Origin: Eledone cirrhosa
Lineage: Eukaryota
Assembly (NCBI GenBank): GCA_964016885.1
Contig: OZ024743.1
Location: forward strand, 161,448,001 to 161,512,000
Reading direction: 5' to 3'
DNA length: 64,000 nucleotides
Below, one piece after another: positions 51,256-64,000 of the stretch (positions are counted from its first letter, which is position 1; every line of letters begins with the position of its first letter). A program made the translations under genes and the position numbers. The notes under the pieces are model-generated. The model had not been told where the DNA came from. It was given only the letters and a program-made list of their open reading frames with translations, and made no database searches.

Positions 51256-54200
51256 TAGGAACTTTAATTTAGTTTTCAATTTTAGTCTCCAATATAATCT
51301 TCAGGTTTACTGAATTTTCCATTATTTATTCAGACATTAACTAAGTTTGTTCATTCTAAGAACTACCACTCATCTGGAACTTTTTCTTTTCAGTATGTTC
51401 CTGTAAAAGTACTCACTTTCAACTGTTTTTATTATCAACAATCTTACTCAAACTCAAAACTCTTCTTCTCTGTGAGACATTCTCTTGGTTATGGTCAATG
51501 CCTTTTCTTTTCAAATATATAAACAAAAAAGATTTTTAAAATACAAACTTAGTTTTGATATTTATGACACTTGGGAAAAAGCTAGTATCACATTACAGCA
51601 GGTGCTTTAGTCAGATTTCTAAGCAACACTGAATAAATTTCGAAGTAGTGTTGTTGTTTAGGCCCAGGTCAGTCCTGAACAAATCAGAATTATGGTAAAA
51701 GACCCCCTTTTTTCCAGACATTACCCAATGTGTCCTTTCATTTTTAAGATTTGAGGAAACTTTTACTGATATTTTTTGTAGATTGAGTGACCATAAAGAG
51801 GCTCCCTCATTAGCTTGTAAAGCTAGTTTTAATTATAAGCTAACTAAAAGATAACCTGTCAAAAATAGTGAAAAAAATGAGAAAAGTATTCATCATTTTC
51901 TCCTCTATTCTATATTTTTCATTCACAATGAAATTATAGAAATAATTCAAACAGTAATTTTATTAAAATCTATGACCCACAGCAACTTCTTTTTCTTCAC
52001 CCACTTATTCCCAGAAGGGTCATGGTAGCAAAGTCCTGAAGCACCCCTTCCAAGGGGTCCTGTCAGAAGCAGCTGTCTCCAATTGATCTGGCTAGATCCC
52101 CAAGTGCGACCAGCCAAACTCATGAATGTTTTCTAGCCATCTTTCTCGCAGTCTACCACTAAGCCTCCTGCCAATTGCTTTTGCCTGTAAAATCTATCCA
52201 GTGATTCTTTCCTGAATCATTCTAACCTCATGTCCATAGTATAGGAGCTGTGATCTCTCAATTTGGCAAAGTAGCAGCTCTACCTGGAGCAACTCTCTGA
52301 TCTTCAAGCTATGCACTCTATTAAGTAATGTTACTCCAAGGACCCTTCAAAGGAACCCCATTTCGGCCACTTGTATTTGTGATAATATTCTTTTGGTCAT
52401 TATCATATTTTTGGGGGCATTTTCTTAAACCATGACACCCCGTTCATGCTGTTTTTTTGTGCAAGTCTACCCTCCAAGGAAGATATGATGTTGAAATTGA
52501 ATAAAATTGCCTGTGGACTATTTAGCAAAATAATATTCACATTAGGTATCTTTGTTTGAATAATTCTTAAATTATAATCAAAATAATGTTGTCTCTTTTA
52601 TAGTTATTGTTATAAACAAACAAATATTTGATATATACCGAGACACAATGGCTGAAAGGTGCTGAATTATTGATCATATTGTCATTATGTTTACCTGTGA
52701 AAAATTAGCTAATTCTGCTTGCCTGTGCATTTCTGACTGTATAGAAAAACCAATAAGCTCAAATCCCTTCATCACTTGAATGCTTTTCAGTTAGAAGGCC
52801 ATCTAACTGCTAGCACAATTGTTCCATCAAAGAAACACTTCCTTAAAGACACAAAGCAGTAACTAGAACAAAATTGGAATGAAAAAGAGACATAGAGGGT
52901 TAAAATAGTCTTTAAAGTCATAAAATGTGTGGCAATTCAATAATCATCCAGTTAATAAATCAACCAATTAATGTATTAGTTACTTAATTAATAAAAATTG
53001 AAAAGAAACTCAACTGGTGTGAGTGTGTTTATTGGTAGCAGGGTACCTCCTAATCGATAAAAATATAATATATAATGTGTGTGTGGTGTGAGAGAGAGAT
53101 ACATTAGCATTAACATATTTCATGTATGTTACATTAAAAAGCTAACTAGAAATACATATGTGGTGAAGAAGAAAACAATATTAATAAATTGCTAATATTA
53201 ATTTTCATTTGTCCAGCTGGTACCAGAGACACCGCCAGGTGTGATCTGGTCTAATACTGACTTTGTCTAAAAAGCATGGCTGTCACCATAGTTACCAAAG
53301 TAATAATGAAAGAAACACAAGAATCTCTAAGAAATTTTATAAATATAGTAAAGTAGAATTGTTTTAAAATCAAATGATGTAAGATTTTGAAATATCATTC
53401 ACTTAGTTTTTCATGCAAATTGCATCTCTGAATTATATATATATATATATCACTATCACCATCATCCTCATCATTGTTTAGTGGTTGTTTTTCCTGCTAA
53501 CAAGGGCTACCTGTCTTTTGTCACAGACCATTCAGTACTCAAGAGGAGCCACTTACATTCAGGTGGGCAGTGAGACTGGCCTATCACCAACTACTTTACA
53601 TGGTTTACTGGGTGAATTTTTCATGGCACTGGCACTAGAGAAGTCATTGGTTATTGGTTGACCTGAAGAGCCCTCTCTATATTATGGACAGGTGTGGGGT
53701 GTATATCATGGGTATGTGCCAAGGGTGGAAGGATTTGATAGGACTTTGACTGCAGAAGACCCGAGAAAGCTTGAAAGAAAGAAAGTATACTCCACTTAGT
53801 GTGGAATGTTAGTTAGCATGGACAATATAATATAAGTAAGCTGGCATAAGAAGAATTGGATTTAGTATGCAAGAGATAAGACTGCACTGATATAGACATG
53901 ATGCATATGGAAATTGACAGCTGTATAAAGAAAAGCAAAGAAACCTTATTGGATGGGAATCAGTGAAGGCATGAGATGGTGAGGACTGACCTTAAGAGAG
54001 CTGAACCTCACAATGGATATGACAAAAAACTGTGGGGATTGAAGGTTTACTTTACTGGTAAAGATCTGCCTATGAGCCTAAAACTTGACCTGACCATCCC
54101 ATGCACTCCCCTAACATCCACTATTCACCCCTTAGTCACTAAACCTAACTTGGTCTCTTCCATGCCTTACAGCATCACCTTCTAGTAGCTATCCCCACTA

Positions 54201-56009
54201 TTACAGCACCCCCACTCCACACTTTACATTCCTCCTCCCCCTAACTGCTGTGCACAAAGTAGCTATTTTGTACATCACTGTACATCCCCACATCGACTCT
54301 ACCCATGATCACTCCCACACTTTTCATACCCTGCCCCCTACAAACAGCCATTCGCATAGTGTCGATTCTCAGCATCACTTAACACCTCAACACTATTATC
54401 ACAGTACCTTTCCACACTGTCAAAGGTCTCTCCTCCCACTCACCACCATTTACTCTGTCATTATATACTCATCTTCATCATTATCATTTTATGTTCACTT
54501 TTCATGTTGGCATGGAAAGTCAGTTTTTATTTGGAATTACAACCTTCCAAGATGAGTCAAGTGATTGCTTCTTGTTTGTATATATCACATTTTGGCATGG
54601 TTTCTATGGATCACTACCTTTATTAATCCCAACCACTTTATAAAAAGTATTGGATGCATTTTGTTTAGGCATAATCATAATGAGATTAACAAGTCCTCTC
54701 TACCCTATATTATCTCTATTTGATTACCAACAACATTACAAAGTGTACTAGGTGCATTTTGTCATGGCACCAGCACTAGAGATGTTGCTTTGTCATCTGT
54801 AAGTCTTATGAGTCTTATTTACCCTGTAATCTGTATTATTTCAAGTCAAACATAATTGAAAATGTCAATAGAAAGGGAGTGATGGTCAAGATGTTGAAAA
54901 GAAGAGAGTATGGGTATGGTTGTAAGTGGAGTAGAGGAGATTGAGATGCAGTAGCAGCTACATGGTGCTTCTTGGTAATGAGAAGGAGATTAAATAAAAA
55001 CCAGCATGGGCAATATGAGAAGATAGTAATAAAATGTAATGATATGACAGAATAAATAATGGATAGCAATAGAGATGGATGGTGGTAAAAGACAGTGTTA
55101 GATGTCATCTAAGGGTCACATATAGGAGAGAAAACGATGGTTCGTAATTGAGAGTGAAGGCATTGAATATGGACAGATCCAATGCCATTCCTGTTACACG
55201 GACATCATCATGAGAAAGATAGAGTAGTAATGATGAAGGGGTTAAATGAGGACAGATCAGGTTCCCTCCCACTTTTCTTAGACAGAATACAACCTGTGAA
55301 TAAGATAGAGTGTGATAGATGAGAGAATAAGGAATAGGGCAGTAGAAGACTTAATAGAAGTATACTGGGTGAATGACCTAATGACATATTATACATCCAA
55401 ATCTCGATCACCACCACCATTATATTAACTATTTTACCTTGCTTACACAATTAACCAGGTCCTTCCCTGCACATTATTGGACACTTAATATAATATTCAT
55501 AAAATATGATAATAAGGCTAATGCCTCTATAAGCACTCATATAACACCAGATTTTATAGTATGGAGTGCTAGGTAAGAATTTCCCTGGATAATGTACTAG
55601 ACTATTTCAGTTAACTTTGCAAATACAGTATTTCTTTGCCAGTCCCAGCGACCTTCAGAATGTAAAATTGTTCTGGCTAAAGAGACAAGAACATTTGTCA
55701 CAGATGTAAATTAAAAAGCCAGCCTTATCAACTTTACGTATAACAGAATCCTTATTTTTATTTTTACATTCTCTCTCAAATTATGGCTGTTGTTTTATGA
55801 TAAAGTCTGTTTTCTTGACTTGAGGCTGCTACTGGTACCTATCCTCATATTTCTTAATACCTGGTCTATTTAGAAATTTGTTTAAATTATTCTCTTAAAT
55901 TGTTCCAATATACTAAATCAACTTCTATAACGTCTACAAATATTAACCACTTATCTTCATATGTCACATTATAACAGTGTGTATATATATATATATATAT
56001 ACACTGTAC

Positions 56010-56635
56010 TAATAAGAAATGTGTTATATGTAGAATAAATCCACAAATAAATTGCTAAAGTAGAAATGTAGTCTATTGCATAAGATATACAGAGGGTACT
56101 TGCAGAAACATGACAACGACATACATACGATAGACAGCTCAGAGCATAGAGGAGAGAATAGACCAAAACTGGGGGTGAACTAAAAGGACAAAAATACAGA
56201 TTGGTACTGTATGAACATGCCAGACAAAGACATGATGGTAATATAGACAACATAGAAATTAAAATAATATCTAAACATAGAAATGACTCAACAGGTAGAC
56301 AAATCAGAGAAGCAACTGAAATAGAACTAAGAAAACCAAAGTTGAACAGAAAAAATGAATGGAATAACAACCATATACAAACACACAATAGTGACCTAAG
56401 ATAAATATAAATAAATATACACAGGTACTATAACAACAACCACACATAAACACACACTAGTGAGTAAAGACAGAATGCAAACACACACAGACTCAAACAC
56501 AAATGCACACCAAACAGAAAACACACACACATACGCAAACAGAGACAAGAATAAAGAAATAAAAAATAGAATAGACATTACAATACAACGTACCACTGAT
56601 GATGTCACTGGTATGTGATGAAAGAACTTTGATAG
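56010..56635 (+). mobile_element. Third PLE family remnant (GIY-YIG pseudogene) with a decayed hammerhead
   Basis: CVIC...NC*SRNVVYCIR...TYIR*TAQSIEER...LYEHA...RQIREATEI...KLNRKNEW; CTGATGA-TGTCAC..GTGAT-GAAA at 56596-56623. Confidence 0.7.
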
Positions 56636-57052
56636 ACTATATATATATTTTGTGTACCCATTGCTTGCATTTGGTACATAGAATGGAATTTCTACCTACT
56701 CCTTTTCTGCACACTGAGCAGGGCCATTTCCCAGAGGAGATCTGGGCCCTGTTATCCCTTCTACTTACTAGTGAAATAACCATATGTGTAAAAACCACCC
56801 TTAGTCTTAAAGATAGTACTAATCATCTCTTCTCTAGTACTGTTGTAAATTATCTAAGGTTCTATAGCAAAGTAAATTCCTCAAAAGGCCTGAAAATGCA
56901 AACTAACAATAACATAAATACATTATGCTAGCCTCTTTGACTATATATGTCGAAAATATATTTTCTCTCATTTGTTTCTTTCTCTTTGAATTGAAGTTAA
57001 GCACAATACCGTTTCTATAGATTAGAAATAGTTGTTTAGGATAAAATCTCTC

Positions 57053-57450
57053 TTAATGGCATGGCTGAGCACCTGACCGGCTTGGCACTTTCAGGTCAGT
57101 TTGTCTACTCACCCCTTCCACCTCGTATTTCGGCCTGTCTAGCACCCCACCACCAAGAAGGTAATAAACTATATGCATGACATTAAGCAGGACTAAACAA
57201 GCCATTTGATCTGGGGAAACATCCCACCCCAGCCTCCGATTACTGATCACTCCCAGAGAAAAACAAGAAAAATAACCAACTTTTATGATCTTTTGCATAG
57301 ATTTTTTGCTTTTTTGCTTTAACTGCATGTCCATATATGGACTGTACCCCTTGATAAGTTCAGCTAGATTCCCGCCGTTCTAATACTGGAGGCTTAATTC
57401 GGGTCTAACTATCGAAACGGCTGGAGCTCAGCCGTCAGTGTCCTGAATCT
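57053..57450 (+). mobile_element. Diverged PLE pseudo-LTR fragment with a U3-A8 hammerhead
   Basis: ccatatatgg...ACCCC-TTGATAA-G...C-GAAACGGCTGGAGCTCAGCCGTC, homologous to 27329-27436. Confidence 0.7.
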
Positions 57451-58097
57451 TTTCATATATATGTGTGTGTGTATATCATCGTTATCATCATCATCATCAT
57501 CATCATCGTTTAATGTCCATCTTAAACGATGATGATGTATATATATATAAGTGAAGGCGTGTGGCTGAGTGAATTGGATTCGCAATCGTAAGGTTGTGAG
57601 TTCGATTCCTGGACAGGGCGATGCGTTATGTCCTTGAGCAAGACACTTTATTTCACGTTGCTCCTTCTACCTGGAGTTGCGACCAATAGATAATATTAGC
57701 AATTTGAAAGACCAACGGAAACATTGTTTCAACGGTCCGATTTGATGAAAGTCGATCGTTCCTTTATATATATATATATGTATATATATATGTATATATA
57801 TATATATACATGTATATGTATATATAAACATATATTTAACTTTAATTTTATACCTAATTGTGTATGGTTGACGGTATATTTAATCGATTTCCACGTGCTA
57901 TTGAAATGTTGGGTAAATATTCTATAGCGGTTGATCGCGAATAGATGGCTGTCGTTTATTTATCTACTATTTCTTCATAGGTGCCTTTTAATCTTATAGC
58001 CTGGTTTAATTGGTTTTTTGTGTGGTTGATTATGCTAATTGGGAGAGGAAATGGTGTATATATATATTATCAAATGATTCTATGGACATACTTTATA

Positions 58098-58141
<44 letters not shown>

Positions 58142-58313
58142 GTTTTTACTTTTGGCACAAGGCCAGCAATTACCAGTGCATTACTGGTACTTTATTTTAT
58201 CGACCCCGTAAGGATGAAAGGCAAAGTTAACCTCGGCGGGATTTTTGAACTCAGATCATAAGGGAGGTAACTCTATGCTTCAAAGCATGGCGTCCGACCC
58301 TCTACCAATACTG

Positions 58314-59268
58314 CCATCATCATCATCATCATCACCGTTTTACGTCCGTTCTTCCATGTTAGCATGGGTTAGTCGGGTTGTCCTGTTGTGGGCAGTGTCT
58401 GGTCGGCTGACCATGCCTTGCTCATACAGGAACTGATTTTGGCTTCATTTCTACAGCTGGATGCCCTTCCTAACACCAACCTCATTTACAGTGAGTGCTG
58501 GGTGCTTTTTCCGTGGCGCCAACACGTCCACTTTACAGTGTGGGCTGGATGCTTTTTTGCCGTGGCACCTCCACGACCACCTTGCAGTGGGAGGGTGTGG
58601 GGGCATATTGTCTATATGCTTCAGCTCGTACCCATGGGAGGTCGGGTACTCTGTATTACTGTGTGACGCCAGAGGTCACGGTCGTGTGTCATCGCCTTTG
58701 AAAGGTGTAATTGGGTAAGGTCGGCTTTTATCACCTCATCCTAGGTCTTCTTGGGTCTCCCCATTCCGCGGTTTCCATTGACTTCTAGTGCTATGCACCT
58801 TTTTATGCAGCTGTCATCCTTCATACGCATCACATGTCCATACCAACGCAACCGCCTCTTATGCTCAGTCTCTCTCTCTCATTTCATTTATGCTTTGTCG
58901 TTCACATATATTACTATTACACATCCATCGGAGCATGCAGGCTTCATTTCTTTCTAATCTACGTAAGTCTTCCACCTTCAGCGCCCAGGTCTCACTACCA
59001 TGTAACATTGCTGTTCGGATACACGCATCATACAGTCTGCCTTTCATTTTGAGGGAGAAGCCTTTTGCAGCTAGCAGTGGCAGTAGCTCCCTGAACTTCT
59101 TCCATCCCGTTCTTACCCTAGTTATTGTACTTTCTGAACACCCATCTCCGCTGCTAATTCAGTCACCTAGATAGCAGAAGCTGTCTACTGTTTCTACAGA
59201 GCCCTCCCAGAGATTGGTGGTACTTGTTTCCTGTGGCTGTTTGCTGCTTGCTGTCCCAGCACAGCTGC
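58314..59268 (-). mobile_element. RTE LINE 3' portion (related subfamily)
   Basis: ORF 58865-59047 KGRLYDACIRTAMLHGSETW; 3'UTR and tail. Confidence 0.88.
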
Positions 59269-59681
59269 ATATATATATATATAATAAGGAGTTGATGGAC
59301 CCAACATATATATCAATGCCAGGACTGGTTGTATCTCAGCGTACTCAATAGGCAATGTAGGATACATTCCCAGAATATACACATAGTTATTCGCTTCAAT
59401 ACAACACATGTAAACGGGTGCCTATAATAGTTCCTGGACTCGAGTTTCGGCCACACTTAGTGCAGCAGCAGGGTGCACTGCACCCTCTGTCTGCATATAT
59501 TATGCAACAATGCATATATATATATATGTATATATATAATGAAAAAAGTGTGGTAAGGAACCAGGTGGACCATAACACACCAGAGTACTTGATACTTTGT
59601 GAAGTAGAGTGGGTAATAAGAAAATAGTCAGAACACCGACGGCAGAGCTCAAGCCGTTTCGACAGCTATTTCTGGACATAC

Positions 59682-59712
<31 letters not shown>

Positions 59713-59713
59713 A

Positions 59714-59749
<36 letters not shown>

Positions 59750-59769
59750 ATACATATATGTATATATAA

Positions 59770-60148
59770 CTTTGATAGGTTTTGGCCAGTATTATCCCAG
59801 GCCATGTCTAACTTAATAGCACCACCTGGCGAAGTCTTTCAAATCAGGATTTGGACACCATGGCCCACTCAAGCAGAGAGTTATTGTTTATGGAAACATA
59901 TCCGGGTGTAGGCGGTTTATCCGGGATTTTTTTAAGGAATTTGTCCAAAGACTTCTTGAATTTTATTGGGTCTGTTTCTTTTTTAATGTGCTTTCGTGTA
60001 ATGTTGAAGAGAGCAGGGCCAATTGAGATCAAATAATTGCACCGTATTGGTGTTATCAGATGCAAGTGAGATTTTTGTTGTGGCTAGATAGCACGAGGCC
60101 CAAGCCTTGGGTGTACCTTAAAGGTGATGCCAACATCATTTGGGCATA
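59770..60148 (-). mobile_element. CR1/Jockey-group LINE 3' fragment
   Basis: IGPALFN...FKKSLDKFLKKIPDKPPTPGY...NNSLLEW. Confidence 0.7.
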
Positions 60149-60465
60149 TATGTATATATATATATATATACATGTATGTATATCATCATCATCATCATCA
60201 TTTCATTTTACGTCCGCTTTTCCCTGCTTGCAAGGGTGGTACGGGAACTGATTCTGGCTTGATTTCTACAGCTGGATGCCCTTCCTAACACCAACCTCAT
60301 TTACAGTGAGTGTTGGGTGCTTTTTTGCCGTGGCGCCTACACGTCCACTTTGCAGTGGAATGATAGGGAACCCAGTCCCTATCATCTCATTTCTACAGCT
60401 GAGTAAACTGGAGCAATGTGAAATAAAGTGTCTTGCTCAAGGAAACAACACATCACCCGATCTGA

Positions 60466-60505
<40 letters not shown>

Positions 60506-60651
60506 AAAAAATTAAATTTCATTTCTCACTCTTATATATATAGAGATATATAGATATAGATATATAAATATATATATATATGGACATATATATATATATA
60601 TATGGACATATATATATACACATATACATGTGATGGACATATATATATATA

Positions 60652-61131
60652 TGGACATGTGATGCATATGAAGGATGACAGCTGCATAAAAACGTGCAGA
60701 GCACTAAAAGTTGATGGAAACCTTGGAGTGGGGAGACCAAAGAAGACCTGGGACGAAGTGATAAAAGCTGACCTTGCCCAATTGCACCTCTCAAAGGCGA
60801 TGGCACAGGCTTGAGACCTCTGATATTACGCAGTAATACAGAAAACCCGGCTTTCCACAGGTACAAGCCGAAGTTGAAGCATATAGAGTGTATGCCCCAA
60901 CACCCTCCCACTGTAAAGTGGTCGTGTAGGCGCCACAGTGAAAAGGCACCCAGTACTCATTGTAAGTGAGGTTGGTGTTAGGAAGGACACCCAGCTGTAG
61001 AAATCAAGCCAAAATCAGTTCTGTATGAGCAAGACATGGTCACCTGACCTGGCATTGGCCACAACAGGACAATCCGTCTAAGCTATGCTAGCGTGGAAGA
61101 ATGTACGTAAAACGGTCATGATGATGATGAT
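60652..61131 (+). mobile_element. RTE 3' fragment
   Basis: YGHVMHMKDDSCIK...GRPKKTW, 3'UTR and ATG tail. Confidence 0.8.
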
Positions 61132-61158
61132 ATATGTATCTATCTATATATATATAGG

Positions 61159-61199
<41 letters not shown>

Positions 61200-61200
<1 letters not shown>

Positions 61201-62795
61201 TCATCATCATCATCATCATCAACGTTTAACGTCCGTGTTCCACGCTTGCATGGGTTTGGACGGGGGTTTTCCCACTTGAGGCAAGAGTGGTTGTCTTGCT
61301 CGCATAGGACTGTCTGGCGGGTTTTCTACAGCTGGATGCCCTTCCTAACACCAACCACATTTACAGTGTGGGGCTGGGAGGTTTTTACCGTGTTGCCTAC
61401 ACGGCCACATTACAGCGTGGACTGTGTGTTTTTTTGTCGTGACACCTACACGATCTCATTTGTTTCGGCCTGGATGTTGTGGCACCAACATAATTTTACA
61501 TTGAAAGGGGCGGTGTGGATGGGGTGGGGGTGGTGGGACGGGGGTGTATTTTGTTAGAGATGCCTACTGACTGTAGTAGGTTTCACTTTGTATTTAGGTA
61601 AGGCGGGTCTTCTCTATTACTGAGTACCGCCAAAGGTCTCGGTCCAGTGACATTGTCTTGGAGAGGTGTAAGTGTGTGAGGTCGGAATTTATCAGCTCGT
61701 CCCAGGTTTTTCTGGGTCTGCCTACTCCATGGCTACCGTCTATCTTTATTGCCCTGCACTTTGTTATATAGCTATCGTCTTTCATGCGCATCACGTGACC
61801 ATACCAACGTAGCCCCCTCTCGAGTAAACAACATCTGATCCCTCTTATTTCTAATTTTTTCCTTAGTTCGTTTATGCTTTGCCGTTCACGTATATTACTA
61901 TTACACATCCAGCGGAGCATGCAAGCCTCGTTCCTCTCCAGTCTGCACACATCCTCTGCACACAATGCCCAGGTCTCACTGCCATGCAACATTGCTGTTC
62001 GTATGCAGGCATCATACAACCTGCCTTTCATTTTTAGGGAGAACCCTTTAGCAGCTAATAGTGGTATAAGCTCTCTGAACTTTTTCAATCCAGTTCTGAC
62101 TCCAGCTACTGTACTTTCAGAGCACTCTCCCCCACTGCTGATTTTGTCACCCAGGTAACGGAAGCTGTCCACTATTTCTATAGAACCCTCTGCGCAGTTG
62201 AAAGAGCTAGTATTTTGTGGGCACTTGCTGCTACTTATTGCACCAGAGTACCGGCCACATGTAAAATCTATGTTCTTAGTTAGCTTACCTGTGATCCCAC
62301 TACATCTCTTATGCACCCATACTTTGCATCTGGGACACAAAATGGAGTTTCTACCTACGCCTCCCCTACACACCGAGCATGGCCACTTCCTGGAAGGGAC
62401 CGCCGCCTTATTTTCTTTCTTACAAACTAGAACTTTAGTCTTAGCCAGGTTAGTTTTAAGGCCTTTTGATTCTAGGCCGTGCTTCTATGCTTGGAATTTC
62501 TTCTCTAGCTTGGCCATTGATTCAGCTATGAGTGTTAGGTCATATGCGTATAGGAGTTCCCATGGGCAGCCGGTCCCGAACTCCTCTGTTATAGCCTGAA
62601 GGGCAATAATAAATAGTAGGGGGCTGAGAACAGAGCCCTGATGGACGCCAACTTTTACGCTAAACTCTTCACTATATTCGTTGTTAATTCTAACCTTACT
62701 GACTGTTTCTTTATACATGGCTTGTATAGCTCTCACAAGCCATTCGTCAACACCTAGTTTTCTAAGAGCCCACCAGATAATGGAACGGTGGACTT
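61200..62795 (-). mobile_element. Young RTE LINE copy with an A-to-G excess
   Basis: ORFs 61594-62373 and 62485-62736; near-identical to 46868-48798. Confidence 0.93.
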
Positions 62796-62830
62796 TATTT
62801 ATTTATTTATATTCTCTTAGGTCAGTATTG

Positions 62831-62901
<71 letters not shown>

Positions 62902-63496
62902 AATAGTGAGATATATGGTTTGTTGATTATTATTCAACAGAATTAATTTTATAACAGATTTGAAGCACTCTACAAGATTTATCTGGAGTATTATTAAAAT
63001 ATCTTTATACTACCATATTCATTTTATTATGCGCACTTCAAGGACACCAAATTTCAGCGTGCTTTCATCAGTGATTTTGAATGTTTACCTCACTGCATAT
63101 AGTGGGCTTATACTATTAAGTTTATGCTAAGTTATGTCAATATCTTAACACCGAATATTATATTTTATCTGATGTAAGCACACTAAAATTTAGTGTCCCC
63201 GAAACACGCATAATAAAATGAATATGGTATTATAAAGATATTTTCCATTTATTAATATTGTTAATTTTATCATCATCATCATTGTTTATCGTCTATCTTC
63301 TACGCTAGCATGAGTTTGTATATATTTATATACATATTGTATATATTTATATACATATTGTATATATTTATATACATATTGTATATTTAATAATATACTA
63401 TATGATTATTTTAAAACATCTTGAAGGCCTATGAATTTAAAGTAGTGACTCAAGTCTCATACCTAGCTTCAGCAAAAACAAGGGGGAATGACTGAT

Positions 63497-63970
63497 GTGT
63501 TTCTCGCTGTTTAAACTCATTAACATACTGAGCAGTTACATTTTGAAGGGCTTTCACTATGAATTTACAGTACTGACTATAGCCACATACCTAGCTTCAC
63601 AAAAAAAAAAACATATATATATAATGACAGTGGTATAAAAGGGGAGAGAGAAAGACAAAAATATAAAAGAAGAATGTGTCTATTCTTTCTGTGGCAAATT
63701 GTCTGATTGCACACAGGAAAACAGACATACACAGTGTTTCTCGCTGTTTAAACTCATTAACATACTGAGCAGTTACATTTTGAAGGGCTTTCACTATGAA
63801 TTTACAGTACTGACTATAGCCACATACCTAGCTTCACAAAAAAAAAAACATATATATATAATGACAGTGGTATAAAAGGGGAGAGAGAAAGACAAAAATA
63901 TAAAAGAAGAATGTGTCTATTCTTTCTGTGGCAAATTGTCTGATAGCACACAGGAAAACAGACATACACA
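63497..63970. repeat. Near-perfect ~237 bp tandem duplication
   Basis: gtgtttctcgctg...gacatacaca starts at 63497 and again at 63734. Confidence 0.92.
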
Positions 63971-64000
63971 AATGCACACACACACAATGCCACAACCATC

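Overview
Eukaryotic, AT-rich, repeat-dense genomic DNA. The repeat complement (RTE LINEs with (ATG)n tails, tRNA-derived SINEs, long (TA)n tracts) suggests a coleoid cephalopod, probably an octopod; this is inferred, not proven. The window lies inside one large + strand gene, a conventional Ca2+/DAG-dependent protein kinase C. Eight GT-AG exons (21661-51183) encode the C2 domain, the hinge and most of the kinase domain. The introns hold many RTE LINE copies, two SINE families, a decayed ~5.7 kb Helitron with both termini, piggyBac- and hAT-like MITEs, several perfect palindromes, and at least three Penelope-like element (PLE) families. One PLE keeps a 500-codon RT+GIY-YIG ORF between ~1 kb inverted pseudo-LTRs. 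Main signals: (i) several hammerhead ribozymes, including a non-canonical U3-A8 core variant and copies on the host pre-mRNA strand; (ii) an RTE copy with clustered, strand-specific A-to-G changes in ADAR-type contexts, possibly a genomic fossil of an A-to-I edited transposon RNA; (iii) a PHD-type finger embedded in the RTE reverse transcriptase ORF. Repeat boundaries and all alignments were judged by eye.
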